Positions 17,267 to 26,545 of a stretch of 37,755 nucleotides of DNA are shown piece after piece (position 1 is the stretch's first letter; each line of letters opens with the position of its first letter). Both the position numbers and the translations under genes were made by a program. The notes below the pieces were generated by a model, which worked only from the letters and a program-made list of their open reading frames with translations, had not been told where the DNA came from and searched no databases. The DNA is from Chloroflexota bacterium. Its GTDB lineage: Bacteria > Chloroflexota > Limnocylindria > Limnocylindrales > CSP1-4. The stretch is taken from NCBI GenBank assembly GCA_005880805.1, contig VBFZ01000038.1, positions 1 to 37,755 of the forward strand. Reading direction: 5' to 3'.

Positions 17267-19533
17267 GGTCTGGGAGTCGCCTTGGGCTTCCTGCTCGGGC
17301 TGGCGGACGGGCTCGCGCGAGACGGTGATGGGCTCGCGGACGGGCCTTCGGGCACTGCCTGGAGGACCGATACGCCGACACGATTGGCGTCGATCCAGAC
17401 GATCGAGGGTGGCGCTCCGCCCGTCCCTGCAACGTAGTAGATGCCGCGCAGGTCCTTCCAGCCCGGATCGCCGTTCGCCAGACGGTATTGCTCGACGAAG
17501 TCGCCGGTCGGGCCGGGCTCCTCCATGGCGACGATCCGGGCGGAGTTGACGTCGTACAGGTAGAGCGTGCCCGAGGCAGGGTCGCCGGTACCTGTCAGGA
17601 GGGTGTACCGGGGCGCCGGGCGCACGGCGTCGTCGCCGGGCCCGTCGATCTTGCGCGATCCGGGCGCAGCGATCCGCCAGTCCGAGGTCGGCACGACGCG
17701 CCTGACGGCGCCGCCCTGCGCCAGGAAGATGTTTGAGTCGATGTACATGGCCGTGACGTCATCGACCTTCTGGTTGGTCGGCAGCCGCCGTGTGGGAAGC
17801 GCGGGATAGCCGCTGCCGTCGATCGCGGGCGCGTACGTCAACACCTGCTCCTCGGACGGGTCGACGACGTACAGGTTGTAGAGGCCGGCCTGCGGGTCGC
17901 GGATGAACGTGCCGATCGCGCGCACGTCGGTGCCCCAGCTCGACGAGTTCCGGACCCGGACGCTGCGCAGCGTCCCGCGACCGTGCGTGTCGGCGGGCCG
18001 CCAGCGCCACAGCGTGTTCTTGCTGTCCAGGATCAGCAGATCGCGTCCCCCGGTCGCCAGCAGCCTTGGTTCCGCGGCGCCCGACTGGCCGGCCTTCAGC
18101 ACGGTGGTTGCCTTCTTTGCGGCAAGGTCGATCCTGAGCACCGACTTCGACGTCTTGTCGAGTACATACGGCGCGCCGTCGGGTCCGCGGACGAGCGCGC
18201 GCAGATCCACGGGGGTCTTTGCGCCCGCGAAGGTGAACAGGATCTGGCTGCCGACGGGCTTGACCTTGTAGAGGCTGTCAAGACCGGCAAGCACCTGCTG
18301 ACGCAGCGGCGCGAGGACGCTCTCGCCGGCGCCCGACGCGCCCGCGGTCCTGAGCTGCTGGTAGGCGTCGGCCAGCAGCCGCGTCGCGGCGTCGGGGTCC
18401 GCATCGATGATGTTTACCCCGGGCCCGAACACGCGGTTGATGTCATCCTGCGCGGCGGCAAGCGCGCGCTGGGCAGCCGTCAGCGAGTCCAGGCGGCCGA
18501 TCGGCGCCGGCGGTGCCCACAGCGACACGCCCAGCCCCAGGGTGGCCGCCAGAAGCAGGAACACCAGCAGCGCGATGGCCGCTCGCCGCTGCGACTCACG
18601 ACGGGCAGACAACGGCGTCACCCGATGTCGCGCAGGCGACCGCCGGGGCAGGAGGTCCTGGAGCCTGCGGATCCCGCCCTCGAACGCGTTGCCCGCCTTG
18701 CTGCGGGCGGCGCGGGCAGAGTCGCGCGCCGCGGCAACGCCGTCGGTCACGCTGTCCGCCAGCGGGATCGGTGAGCGATCGGGCGCGCCCGCCAGCGGTT
18801 CGGGTGGTCGGACGGGCACCAGCGTGCGCTGCTTCGTCGTGACCGCGACCTCGGTTGCCTCGAGCGCGATGGCCCCGTCGCTTCCGGAGCCGTCCGTGGC
18901 CACGAACTGGTGGTGGAGATGGTCGATCGCCGACTGGGGGTGGAGCGTGACCATCGCGTCTTTCAGCTCGTCGGGCCCCAGGCGCCCCATCATGTTCGGC
19001 GAGACGAGGACGAGCGAGTCTCCGACCGCGAGCTCGCCGCGCCAGACATCCGGCTCCAGGTCGCCGGTCGGGAGGCCGCGATCGCGGTGGGGGTCGGGCA
19101 GCGTCGAGAGGCGCGCGCCCCGGATCAGGTAGGCCTCCGCAGGCCCAACGGTCGCTACGTAGAGCTCGTTGGCGCGGACGACGGCCACGGCCACGCCGAT
19201 GGGCCCGGATCCTTCCTGGCTGCCTCCAGAGGGCAGTCGATCCCCGACGTGGGCGAGCCGCTTGTTGGCGAGCCGGATGGCCTTCTCGAGGCAGACCCGG
19301 ATCCCGGCCGACTCGTCGTAGTAGTACTCGCTGCGGATCGTGTCCGCCGCAAGCCGCGTCGCCTCGCGCACGCGGCCGCCTGGCACCCGGCCGGTGACCA
19401 GGAGGTAGAGGTTGCCCTTGGAACGCGCAACCGAGCCCACGTTCGGCTCGACGACGACGAGGGTGTCCGGGGAGTCATCGACGCGGTCCGCGTCCGGGAC
19501 CACGCCGAGCTTCATCTGGAGCCGAACGGCCAT
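17263..19533 (-). CDS. Membrane protein: degenerate PP2C-like N-terminal domain, single TM, extracytoplasmic beta-propeller-like domain, Pro/Ser tail
   Basis: PP2C-fold spacing (LYLLVTG, YYYDES, LEKAIRLANKRL, VAVAVVRANELYVATVG..EAYLIRG, GDSLVLVS). TM AAIALLVFLLLAATLGLGVSLW. Propeller-like repeats (GAPYVLDK, LLILDS, NLYVVDP, LYLYDVNSARIV). Confidence 0.8.
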   Translation of the reverse strand: MAVRLQMKLGVVPDADRVDDSPDTLVVVEPNVGSVARSKGNLYLLVTGRVPGGRVREATRLAADTIRSEYYYDESAGIRVCLEKAIRLANKRLAHVGDRLPSGGSQEGSGPIGVAVAVVRANELYVATVGPAEAYLIRGARLSTLPDPHRDRGLPTGDLEPDVWRGELAVGDSLVLVSPNMMGRLGPDELKDAMVTLHPQSAIDHLHHQFVATDGSGSDGAIALEATEVAVTTKQRTLVPVRPPEPLAGAPDRSPIPLADSVTDGVAAARDSARAARSKAGNAFEGGIRRLQDLLPRRSPARHRVTPLSARRESQRRAAIALLVFLLLAATLGLGVSLWAPPAPIGRLDSLTAAQRALAAAQDDINRVFGPGVNIIDADPDAATRLLADAYQQLRTAGASGAGESVLAPLRQQVLAGLDSLYKVKPVGSQILFTFAGAKTPVDLRALVRGPDGAPYVLDKTSKSVLRIDLAAKKATTVLKAGQSGAAEPRLLATGGRDLLILDSKNTLWRWRPADTHGRGTLRSVRVRNSSSWGTDVRAIGTFIRDPQAGLYNLYVVDPSEEQVLTYAPAIDGSGYPALPTRRLPTNQKVDDVTAMYIDSNIFLAQGGAVRRVVPTSDWRIAAPGSRKIDGPGDDAVRPAPRYTLLTGTGDPASGTLYLYDVNSARIVAMEEPGPTGDFVEQYRLANGDPGWKDLRGIYYVAGTGGAPPSIVWIDANRVGVSVLQAVPEGPSASPSPSRASPSASPSRKPKATPRP

Positions 19534-19639
19534 GCGGGCCTCTCGTGATCGGGCGGGCGAAAGGATGAGGCACGACCCGGCAGGCTGCGCCGCCGCAGAC
19601 CGTCGACGCTCACCCGAGGGCGGCTGGCAGGTGCGCGCG

Positions 19640-19645
19640 ATTATA
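19640..19645 (-). promoter_or_regulatory. Consensus -10 (TATAAT) upstream of the PP2C-like gene
   Basis: ATTATA on the + strand just past the DUF721 stop, about 107 nt upstream of ATG 19533, in very GC-rich surroundings. Confidence 0.6.
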
Positions 19646-19650
19646 CGCGG

Positions 19651-19968
19651 CTAAGGTGCCCGAACCCGTACCGCCAGCTCGCTCGCCGGGAGCCCGCCCG
19701 GCGCCGCCCGGAAGGCAGCGAGCAGCTCCGTCGTCCGCATGCGCAGCTCCTGGGCGACGATCGGCGAATCCGCGTCGACGAGCAGCACGCCGCGCTCGAG
19801 GCGCTGCAGGCGAGTCGCACCAGTGGCGGCCGGCACATGTTCGGCGACGATGGCAGCCCAGGTACCTGCGGCCCGCACGAGGCGAAGCTCGTCCTCCAGG
19901 CCCAGGCGCCGTGCGGTCTCGGGCAGCAGGTCGCCGATCCGCTCCATCGGTCGGCGGCGGGTGGTCAC
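19651..19968 (-). CDS. DUF721 / DciA-family protein (helicase-loading partner)
   Basis: Overlaps the recF stop. RIGDLLPE..LGLEDEL..W..IVAEH..A...L.V.ADSP..AQELRM pattern. This is the canonical position after recF. Confidence 0.8.
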   Translation of the reverse strand: MTTRRRPMERIGDLLPETARRLGLEDELRLVRAAGTWAAIVAEHVPAATGATRLQRLERGVLLVDADSPIVAQELRMRTTELLAAFRAAPGGLPASELAVRVRAP

Positions 19969-21158
19969 GAGCGGAGCTGCCCGACCAGCGGCGCGCTCTG
20001 CTGGATGAGCGTGGCCCCGGCTGACGGCTGCGCCTGCGGGGCCGGTTCGACCCGCCAGCCCACGGCGTGCGCCACGAGCTCCGGGTCGAGGTCGTCGAGC
20101 GTCGTGGTGGTCACGAACGCCTGCGGCAGCGCCGCGATCCGGCGGACGAGGTGCGCGCGGCGCTCCGGGTCCAGCTCCGAAAAGACGTCGTCGAGCAGCA
20201 GAAGTGGCGGCTTGCCGTCCAGGGACGTGAGCAGGTCGAGCTCGGCAAGCTTGAACGCGAGAATCGCGGTCCGCTGCTGGCCGCGCGAGGCGAAGGTCGA
20301 CAGGTCGCGTCCGCCCTGCTCGAAGACCATGTCGTCCCGGTGCGGCCCGACGAGCGTGGTGCCGTTCCAGATCTCCTTCTCGGCCGTCTCCACGAGTCGA
20401 CGGGCGAGCGCGTCCCTGGGCGTTTCGCCGGGGAATGCCGGCGCGTTCGTCTCGTAGCGAATGCCCAGCCGTGCCTCGCGCGCCTCATCGGGCGCGATCT
20501 CCGCGTGTGCCGCGCGGATCGGCTCCTGCAGCGCGTCCAGGAGGGCGAGTCGCTCGGCCACGATCGCCGGGCCGGTCTCCAGGAAGCTGCCGTCCCAGAA
20601 CGCGAGCTCGGATCGCGAGGCCTGCTCTTCGCGAATCGCTCGCAGCAGGCTGTTCCGCTGGGCCAGCGTTCGGGCATAGGTTCCGAGGTCGCGAAGGTAA
20701 GCGGGCGAGCGCTGGCTGGCGAGCGCGTCCAGCGCTGAGCGGCGCAGGGCCGGAGAGCCGGCAACGAGGAGCATCTCCTCGGGCGCGAACACCACGATCC
20801 GGAGCAGGCCGAGCAGCCCGCTCGCACGCCGGCCGACGCCGTTCACCCGGATCCGCTTGCGCCCGGCCGAGCCGGGTACTGGCTGGGCGCCGCCAGGCCG
20901 CACGATGGCGACCTCGATCGCGGTTCCGTCGTCCAGGCTTCCCTCGACCCTGACGAGATCCGTCCCCCAGCGAACGAGCTCGGCGTCCGTCGTGGTGCGG
21001 TGCGAGCGCCCGAGCGCCAGAAGCACGATGGCTTCCAGGAGGCTTGTCTTGCCGGCGGCGTTCGGTCCCCACACGATCTGCGGGCCGGGCCCGAAGTCGG
21101 CCTGCAGGCGGGCGTAGCCGCGCAGGTCCTGTACGGTCAGTGAACGAAGCGAGGCCAT
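19965..21158 (-). CDS. recF: DNA replication/repair protein RecF
   Basis: GPNAAGKTSLLEAI Walker A, GRSHRT, VVFAPEE, LVGPHRDD, ASRGQQR, LLLLDDVFSELD. Confidence 0.97.
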   Translation of the reverse strand: MASLRSLTVQDLRGYARLQADFGPGPQIVWGPNAAGKTSLLEAIVLLALGRSHRTTTDAELVRWGTDLVRVEGSLDDGTAIEVAIVRPGGAQPVPGSAGRKRIRVNGVGRRASGLLGLLRIVVFAPEEMLLVAGSPALRRSALDALASQRSPAYLRDLGTYARTLAQRNSLLRAIREEQASRSELAFWDGSFLETGPAIVAERLALLDALQEPIRAAHAEIAPDEAREARLGIRYETNAPAFPGETPRDALARRLVETAEKEIWNGTTLVGPHRDDMVFEQGGRDLSTFASRGQQRTAILAFKLAELDLLTSLDGKPPLLLLDDVFSELDPERRAHLVRRIAALPQAFVTTTTLDDLDPELVAHAVGWRVEPAPQAQPSAGATLIQQSAPLVGQLRS

Positions 21159-21181
21159 GTGGTTTGCCGGGAGTGGGCCGT

Positions 21182-22300
21182 CTAGGACGTCGTGCGGACG
21201 GGCATCACCACGTGCACGTACTTGTCGTCGCCGACCGGTTTGAACACGCCAGGCGACAGCGGCCCGTTGAGCTCGAGCGCGAACTGCTCCGCGTCGACGT
21301 ACTGAAGGACGTCGGCGAGGTAGCGCGCGTTGAAAGCGATCGTGGTCCCGTCGCCCTCCAGCGAGGCCTCCACGCCGCCCTCGTAGTCGCCGATCTCGGC
21401 GTTGGCGCTGACCGTGACCTCCCCCTCGCCGTTACCGCCAATCTGGAGCTTGACGATATTCGCCGCGTTGCTCGCGATGAAGGCCGCAGGGCGGAGCGCC
21501 TTGAGCAGCTCTTCGCGCTCGAGCACGGCGCGCGTTGTGTGGGCCTGCGGCAGGACCTGCTGGTAGTTCGGGAACTGGCCGTCGATCAGACGACTGACCA
21601 GGTCAACCCCCTCGAGGTGGAAGAGGACCTGGTTGCGCGCCGGCGAGAGGACGATGTCGACCGGATCGTCGGTGTCGGCGAGGACGCGCACGAGCTCGCT
21701 CAGCGATCGGGCCGGGATGACCAGGCGCGTGTCCTCCACCGCGTCGAGGACCGGGATCGTCTTGACCGCGATCCGGTAGTTGTCGGCCGCGGCCAGCGTC
21801 ACGTGATCGCCCTCGAAATGGACGAGAACGCCCGTCAGTATCGGCCGTGCCTCGTCGCTGGCTGCGGCAAATGCGGTCTCCGAGAGTGCCTGGCGGAGCA
21901 CCTTCTGGCTGATCCGCGTCGTCGGCCGCTCGCCTGCAGTGGGGATCGCCGGAAACTCGTCCGCATCGATGCCCCGCAGGTGGGCAGTGAAGCGGCCGGA
22001 GCGGAGCAGGAGCGTGTCCGTGCCCTGGAGCTCGAGCTCCACGCGCTCACTCGCGTTGAGCGACGAGACGATGTCGGACAGGAGCTTGGCCGGCACCGTC
22101 GTTGCCCCGTCCGAATCGATCTTGCCCGGCACCCACACCGTGATCCCGATCTCGAGGTTCGTGGCCGTCAGCTTCAGGCCGGCATCTTCGGTCCTGAGCA
22201 GGACGTTGGCGAGAACGGGCAGGGTGCTGCGAGTGGAGACGGCGCGGCTGACGATCGCCAGGCTGCGCGCCAGGTTCTCCTGCATGACCGAGAGTTTCAC
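21182..22300 (-). CDS. dnaN: DNA polymerase III beta sliding clamp
   Basis: TLPVLANVLL, ATNLEIG, RPILTGV, AADNYRIA, SRLIDGQFPNYQQVLP, IAFNARYL, VVMPVR. Confidence 0.98.
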   Translation of the reverse strand: MKLSVMQENLARSLAIVSRAVSTRSTLPVLANVLLRTEDAGLKLTATNLEIGITVWVPGKIDSDGATTVPAKLLSDIVSSLNASERVELELQGTDTLLLRSGRFTAHLRGIDADEFPAIPTAGERPTTRISQKVLRQALSETAFAAASDEARPILTGVLVHFEGDHVTLAAADNYRIAVKTIPVLDAVEDTRLVIPARSLSELVRVLADTDDPVDIVLSPARNQVLFHLEGVDLVSRLIDGQFPNYQQVLPQAHTTRAVLEREELLKALRPAAFIASNAANIVKLQIGGNGEGEVTVSANAEIGDYEGGVEASLEGDGTTIAFNARYLADVLQYVDAEQFALELNGPLSPGVFKPVGDDKYVHVVMPVRTTS

Positions 22301-22789
22301 GTCAGGTTCACTCCAAGTGACGGGTGCCCTCGAGAGGCGTCAGCGCCGATCCGCTGGGGCGACACGTTGCCCGGATCCAGGCCGCCGACAGGTGGATTGT
22401 CTCTCTATCTTCTCATCCCGTCATCATCGTCATCAGGGCGTGGACTCGGTGGAGAGGCGAGCGTGGCCCCGCACGGGTCCGTAGTGGAGCACTCGTTTCG
22501 ACGCGTGGACGAGCCGGCCGGCGATGTCGCTGGGCGGTGGCCGAAGTGTGGATCGTCCAAGCGTCGTCCCTCGGACCTCGCCTGATTGCCACCCGATCTC
22601 CACGCCCGCATGCCGGGATATCGGCCGGAGACGGTCGTCAGGACCGGATCTTGTCCACAGTCAGACAGGCTTCTCCACGGAATCGGGGCGCTTTTCCACG
22701 GAGACATTTCGGAGCCGTTACGAAATGGGCCCGAACCGATACGGGCGCATAACGGCTCCAAGCGGCCGTTCGCCTCCGGGTGCGGCCCC
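22301..22789. other. oriC: Chromosomal replication origin (oriC) candidate
   Basis: dnaA-dnaN intergenic region. TTGTCCACA at 22651-22659. Degenerate boxes at 22504-22512, 22547-22555, 22671-22679 and 22692-22700. Trinucleotide-periodic element at 22421-22435. Confidence 0.8.
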
Positions 22790-24178
22790 TCAGTCTGCGT
22801 AGATGAGCTCGCGAACCGCCGCGATCTCCCGCCGCAGCTCGTCGTTCTGGGACGCCTCGCGGGTGATCTTGTCGCAGGCGTGCAGCACGGTCGAGTGGTC
22901 GCGTCCGCCGAGCTCCGCCCCGATCCGCAGCAGGGAGACGTCGGTCTCCTCGCGCATCAGGAACATCGCGATCTGCCGCGGCACGACGATGGCCTTGTCG
23001 CGCTTCTGGCCCTGCAGGGCGTCCATCGGCACGCCGTAATAGTCGGAGACGGCCTTGGCGATCCGCTCCGGCGTCACCTGGCGCTTCTTCGGGTTGTACA
23101 TGACGTTCGAGAGGACGGACTGGGCCAGGTCGATCGAGATCGGGATCGCGCCCATGCTCGCGTACGCGACGATGCGGTTCAGCGCCCCCTCGAGCTCGCG
23201 GATGTTGCTGACGACCTTGCGGGCGATGAACTCGACCACGTCGGACGTGATCGGAACGCCGCCTTCCTCGGCCTTCGCACGCAGGATCGCGATCCGGGTC
23301 TCGAGATCGGGCGCCGTCAGGTCGGCTATCAGCCCCCACTCGAACCGGCTTCGCAGGCGCTCCTCCAGGGTGACGATCTGCTTGGGCGGCCGATCGGACG
23401 AAAGGACGATCTGCTTGCCGTCCTCGTGGATCGCATTGAACGTATGGAAGAACTCTTCCTGCGTGCGCTCCTTGTCGGCGATGAACTGGATGTCGTCGAT
23501 GAGCAGGAGGTCGATCCGCCGATAGCGGCTCCGGAACTCGTCGACCTTGCCCTGCTGGATGCTCGTGATGAACTCGTTCGTGAACTTCTCGCTGGTCGCG
23601 TAGACGACCTTCTTGCGCGGGAACTTGGTCACGACCTGGTTGCCGATCGCGTGCATGAGGTGGGTCTTGCCCAGTCCCACCCCGCCGTACAGGAAGAGCG
23701 GGTTGTAGGCGTGTCCCGGCCGCTCCGCGACCGACAGGCTCGCCGCATGTGCCAGGCGATTGGCCGAACCGACGATGAAGTTGGCGAACGTGTAGCGGGC
23801 GTTGAGATTCGCGCTGACACCCTCGCCGCCAACACGTCCGGGCTCGAGCCGAACGACCTGGCTCGAGGGGCCGCTTCCATTCGTCGACGGGGCCATGCTG
23901 TTCGAGCCAAACTGGACCGTCTCCGAGGCGGGTAGCGGGGCAGTGACGAACTCGACCTGCACGCTGTAGCCGACGACGCGGGCCAGGGTCTGGCTGATCA
24001 GGGATCGGTAGCGGGTCTCCAGCCAGTCCTTCGCGAACCCGTTCGGGACGGAAATCCGGAAGTGGCTGTCGTCAACGTCAACCAGCTGGGTGTCGCGCAG
24101 CCACGTCTCGAAGTTCGCGGCCGAGAGCGAAACCTGCAACTCTCCGAGCGCCGCACGCCAGACTTGTTTGGCATCCAT
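22790..24178 (-). CDS. dnaA: Chromosomal replication initiator DnaA
   Basis: True start MDAKQVW at 24178. YNPLFLYGGVGLGKTHL, LLIDDIQF, QEEFFHTFN, RLRSRFEWGL, GGRDHSTVLHA. Confidence 0.99.
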   Translation of the reverse strand: MDAKQVWRAALGELQVSLSAANFETWLRDTQLVDVDDSHFRISVPNGFAKDWLETRYRSLISQTLARVVGYSVQVEFVTAPLPASETVQFGSNSMAPSTNGSGPSSQVVRLEPGRVGGEGVSANLNARYTFANFIVGSANRLAHAASLSVAERPGHAYNPLFLYGGVGLGKTHLMHAIGNQVVTKFPRKKVVYATSEKFTNEFITSIQQGKVDEFRSRYRRIDLLLIDDIQFIADKERTQEEFFHTFNAIHEDGKQIVLSSDRPPKQIVTLEERLRSRFEWGLIADLTAPDLETRIAILRAKAEEGGVPITSDVVEFIARKVVSNIRELEGALNRIVAYASMGAIPISIDLAQSVLSNVMYNPKKRQVTPERIAKAVSDYYGVPMDALQGQKRDKAIVVPRQIAMFLMREETDVSLLRIGAELGGRDHSTVLHACDKITREASQNDELRREIAAVRELIYAD

Positions 24179-24500
24179 CGATCGCTGACCCGACTGGTGG
24201 TTGTTGCGAGGTGGGTAGCCTCGGCCACGGACCGACGCATGGGAACTTGGGCGCGATGGGATGACGGAGGGCCTCGCGAACGCTCCGACAAGCTGTTCCA
24301 GGCGACCCTTCGTGTGAGCCGAAGGGGAGCCCCCGAGCAGCGTCCCGGCGCCCGCGGGAGGCGAAGGATAGCACCGCCCGGCAGGGGCCTGCAAGGCGAT
24401 CCCGCGGGTGCCACCGCATACTCCCCGGGAGTATCAGGCATCCCCTCGACCGCGAGTGCCCGCACTCCGAATTCCCGGCCGACACAACCCATGGTGTGGT

Positions 24501-24530
24501 TTGACACCGTTTTCGGGGCCTTCCTATAAT
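24501..24530 (+). promoter_or_regulatory. Consensus sigma70 promoter for the rpmH operon
   Basis: TTGACA (24501-24506), 18-bp spacer, TATAAT (24525-24530). Confidence 0.85.
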
Positions 24531-24640
24531 CCCGCGAACGGAAACGCGCACGCGCTTTCGGGCGCCGGCGCGTTTGCGTGCCTCTAGGGGTCGAATCGAC
24601 AGTCCCCGGGGCCTGATGGAGAGGATCGCGCGGACTCCCG

Positions 24641-24775
24641 ATGAAGCAGACCTATCAGCCCAAGAAGCGCCATCGCGCCAAGGAGCACGGCTTTCGGGCC
24701 CGAATGAAGACCTCGGGCGGTCGTCGCGTTCTGGCTGCTCGGCGGGCTCGAGGTCGAAAGAAGCTGACGGCCTGA
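24641..24775 (+). CDS. rpmH: 50S ribosomal protein L34
   Basis: Manual translation (not in track): [44 protein letters not shown]. Confidence 0.98.
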   Translation: MKQTYQPKKRHRAKEHGFRARMKTSGGRRVLAARRARGRKKLTA

Positions 24776-24810
24776 CAAACGAGCGCGACCGCCCTCGGCC
24801 GCGGCTCGTG

Positions 24811-25146
24811 ATGCTCGCCCGTCCTCAGGATTTCGCGACGCTCCAGGGCAGTGGGATCACCAGGTCACATGCCCTCTTGTTCGCCCGCTTCATGCGGACG
24901 GATGGCGAAGCCACCAGGTTCGGCCTGTCGACCGGGCGGAAGCTCGGGGGCGCGGTCGTCCGGAACCGCGTTCGGCGAAGGCTCCGCGAGGCGCTAAGGG
25001 TGATGGCGCCCTCGTTCCAGCCGGGCTGGGACGTCCTCATCATCGCCCGGCCCGCTCTGATAGAGGCGGATCATGAAGCGCTGGTCGGAGCCCTGCGCCG
25101 AGTCCTCGGCCGGGCCGGCGTCCTGGAGGGTCAGTCGAGCACGTGA
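24811..25146 (+). CDS. rnpA: Ribonuclease P protein component
   Basis: [25 protein letters not shown] (RNR motif), WDVLIIARP. Start approximate (24808 or 24811). Confidence 0.95.
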   Translation: MLARPQDFATLQGSGITRSHALLFARFMRTDGEATRFGLSTGRKLGGAVVRNRVRRRLREALRVMAPSFQPGWDVLIIARPALIEADHEALVGALRRVLGRAGVLEGQSST

Positions 25147-25349
25147 AGGCAATCGGGATCGGGCTCATCCGGCTCTACCGGATCGTGTTTGCCTGGCTGC
25201 CGTCGAGCTGCCGCTACGAGCCCAGCTGCTCCCGCTATACGGAGCAGGCGATCGGGAAGTACGGACTCCTGAAGGGCAGCTGGATGGGCGCCAAGCGGAT
25301 CGCCCGCTGCCACCCGTGGAGTCCCGGCGGTTATGATCCGGTCCGCTAG
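25143..25349 (+). CDS. yidD: Membrane protein insertion efficiency factor YidD
   Basis: [24 protein letters not shown]. Confidence 0.97.
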   Translation: MKAIGIGLIRLYRIVFAWLPSSCRYEPSCSRYTEQAIGKYGLLKGSWMGAKRIARCHPWSPGGYDPVR

Positions 25350-25365
25350 GTCGACATCCGGGACG

Positions 25366-26544
25366 GTGCCGTCGAAGGAGCCTGGATGGCAGACGCGCTG
25401 GTTGCCCCTCCTGATCGTCGGGCTAATCGCGCTCGTTGCGGTGGCCGGCTGCGCAGCGCTTGGCCCGAGCCCGTCGCCCGGCTCGAGTGCGGCGCCGTCA
25501 CCGTCGCCGACGCCGATCGTCGCGCTCGTACCTGCCCACCCGTCCGCCGACCCGGTCGGGTTCCTCGCCTGGCTCTTTACGCCCCTCTTCCAGGCGCTGT
25601 TCATCCTGCTGGCGTTCTTCTACAGGGTCATCGGCGACATCGGGATCGCGATCGTGCTGCTGACGATCGTGATCCGTTTCCTGCTGGTGCCGCTCTATCG
25701 CCAGCAGCTCGTGTCGCAGCGTCGGATGCAGCTACTCCAGCCCGAGCTCAAGGAGCTCGGCAAGCGCTACAAGGGCGATCGCCAGCGCCTCATGGCCGCG
25801 CAGCAGGAGCTGTATCGCGAGCGAGGCGTCAATCCCCTGTCGGGCTGCCTGCCGCTCGTGCTGCAGATGCCCCTCCTGTACATCATGTACCAGGTCATCC
25901 GGGACGGACTGACCAATTTCGACGTCAACCCGATGCTGAACGTCTTCAACATCCAGCTGTTCACCCTGCCGTGCCCGACCGCGCCGGTCTTCCAGGACGC
26001 CGCTCACCACATCGTCAAGCCGTGCATCGAGACGCATGTCCCCTGGCTGCTGGGCATCAACGCCGGTCAGCCGCACGTGGACGCGATCCTGTTCGGGGTG
26101 ACGAGCTTCCTTGCGGTCACGTCCGCCCTGCTCCAGATCGTGCAGTCCAAGATGACGCTGCCCGCCACCGACCCGAAGAACGACGACCCGAGCACACGCA
26201 CCCAGCGTCAGATGCTCATCATCCTGCCGGTCATCTTCGTGGTCTTCGCCGGCGCCCTGCCCGCCGGGCTGTACATCTACTACATCGTCTCGACGATCTT
26301 CGGGATCGTGCAGCAATACCTGATCATCGGCTGGGGCTCGATGTTCCCGCTGTTCGGCTGGACGCCCGCCTTCGCCGTGAACCACACACCGCGCTTCCCG
26401 GTCGCCTACCCGGCGCCGACCAACACTGCGCGTCCGGCGGGAGCGCCGGCGCCAACCACGCCCGCGGACCGGGCCGCCTCAGCGGCCAGGACCGTACGCC
26501 CCCGGGAACGGGGTCGCCAGGGCCGACGAGGGAGACGTCGCTGA
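25366..26544 (+). CDS. yidC: YidC/Oxa1 membrane protein insertase with probable lipoprotein signal
   Basis: GIAIVLLTIVIRFLLVPL, LQPEL, QQELYRERGVNPLSGCLPLVLQMP, GLYIYYIVSTIFGIVQQY. Lipobox VAGC. Start approximate (GTG 25366). Confidence 0.95.
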   Translation: MPSKEPGWQTRWLPLLIVGLIALVAVAGCAALGPSPSPGSSAAPSPSPTPIVALVPAHPSADPVGFLAWLFTPLFQALFILLAFFYRVIGDIGIAIVLLTIVIRFLLVPLYRQQLVSQRRMQLLQPELKELGKRYKGDRQRLMAAQQELYRERGVNPLSGCLPLVLQMPLLYIMYQVIRDGLTNFDVNPMLNVFNIQLFTLPCPTAPVFQDAAHHIVKPCIETHVPWLLGINAGQPHVDAILFGVTSFLAVTSALLQIVQSKMTLPATDPKNDDPSTRTQRQMLIILPVIFVVFAGALPAGLYIYYIVSTIFGIVQQYLIIGWGSMFPLFGWTPAFAVNHTPRFPVAYPAPTNTARPAGAPAPTTPADRAASAARTVRPRERGRQGRRGRRR

Positions 26545-26545
26545 G

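Noticed and set aside
24179-24394. 72-codon N-terminal extension of DnaA
   Set aside because: The DnaA domain I pattern starts at MDAKQVW (24178).
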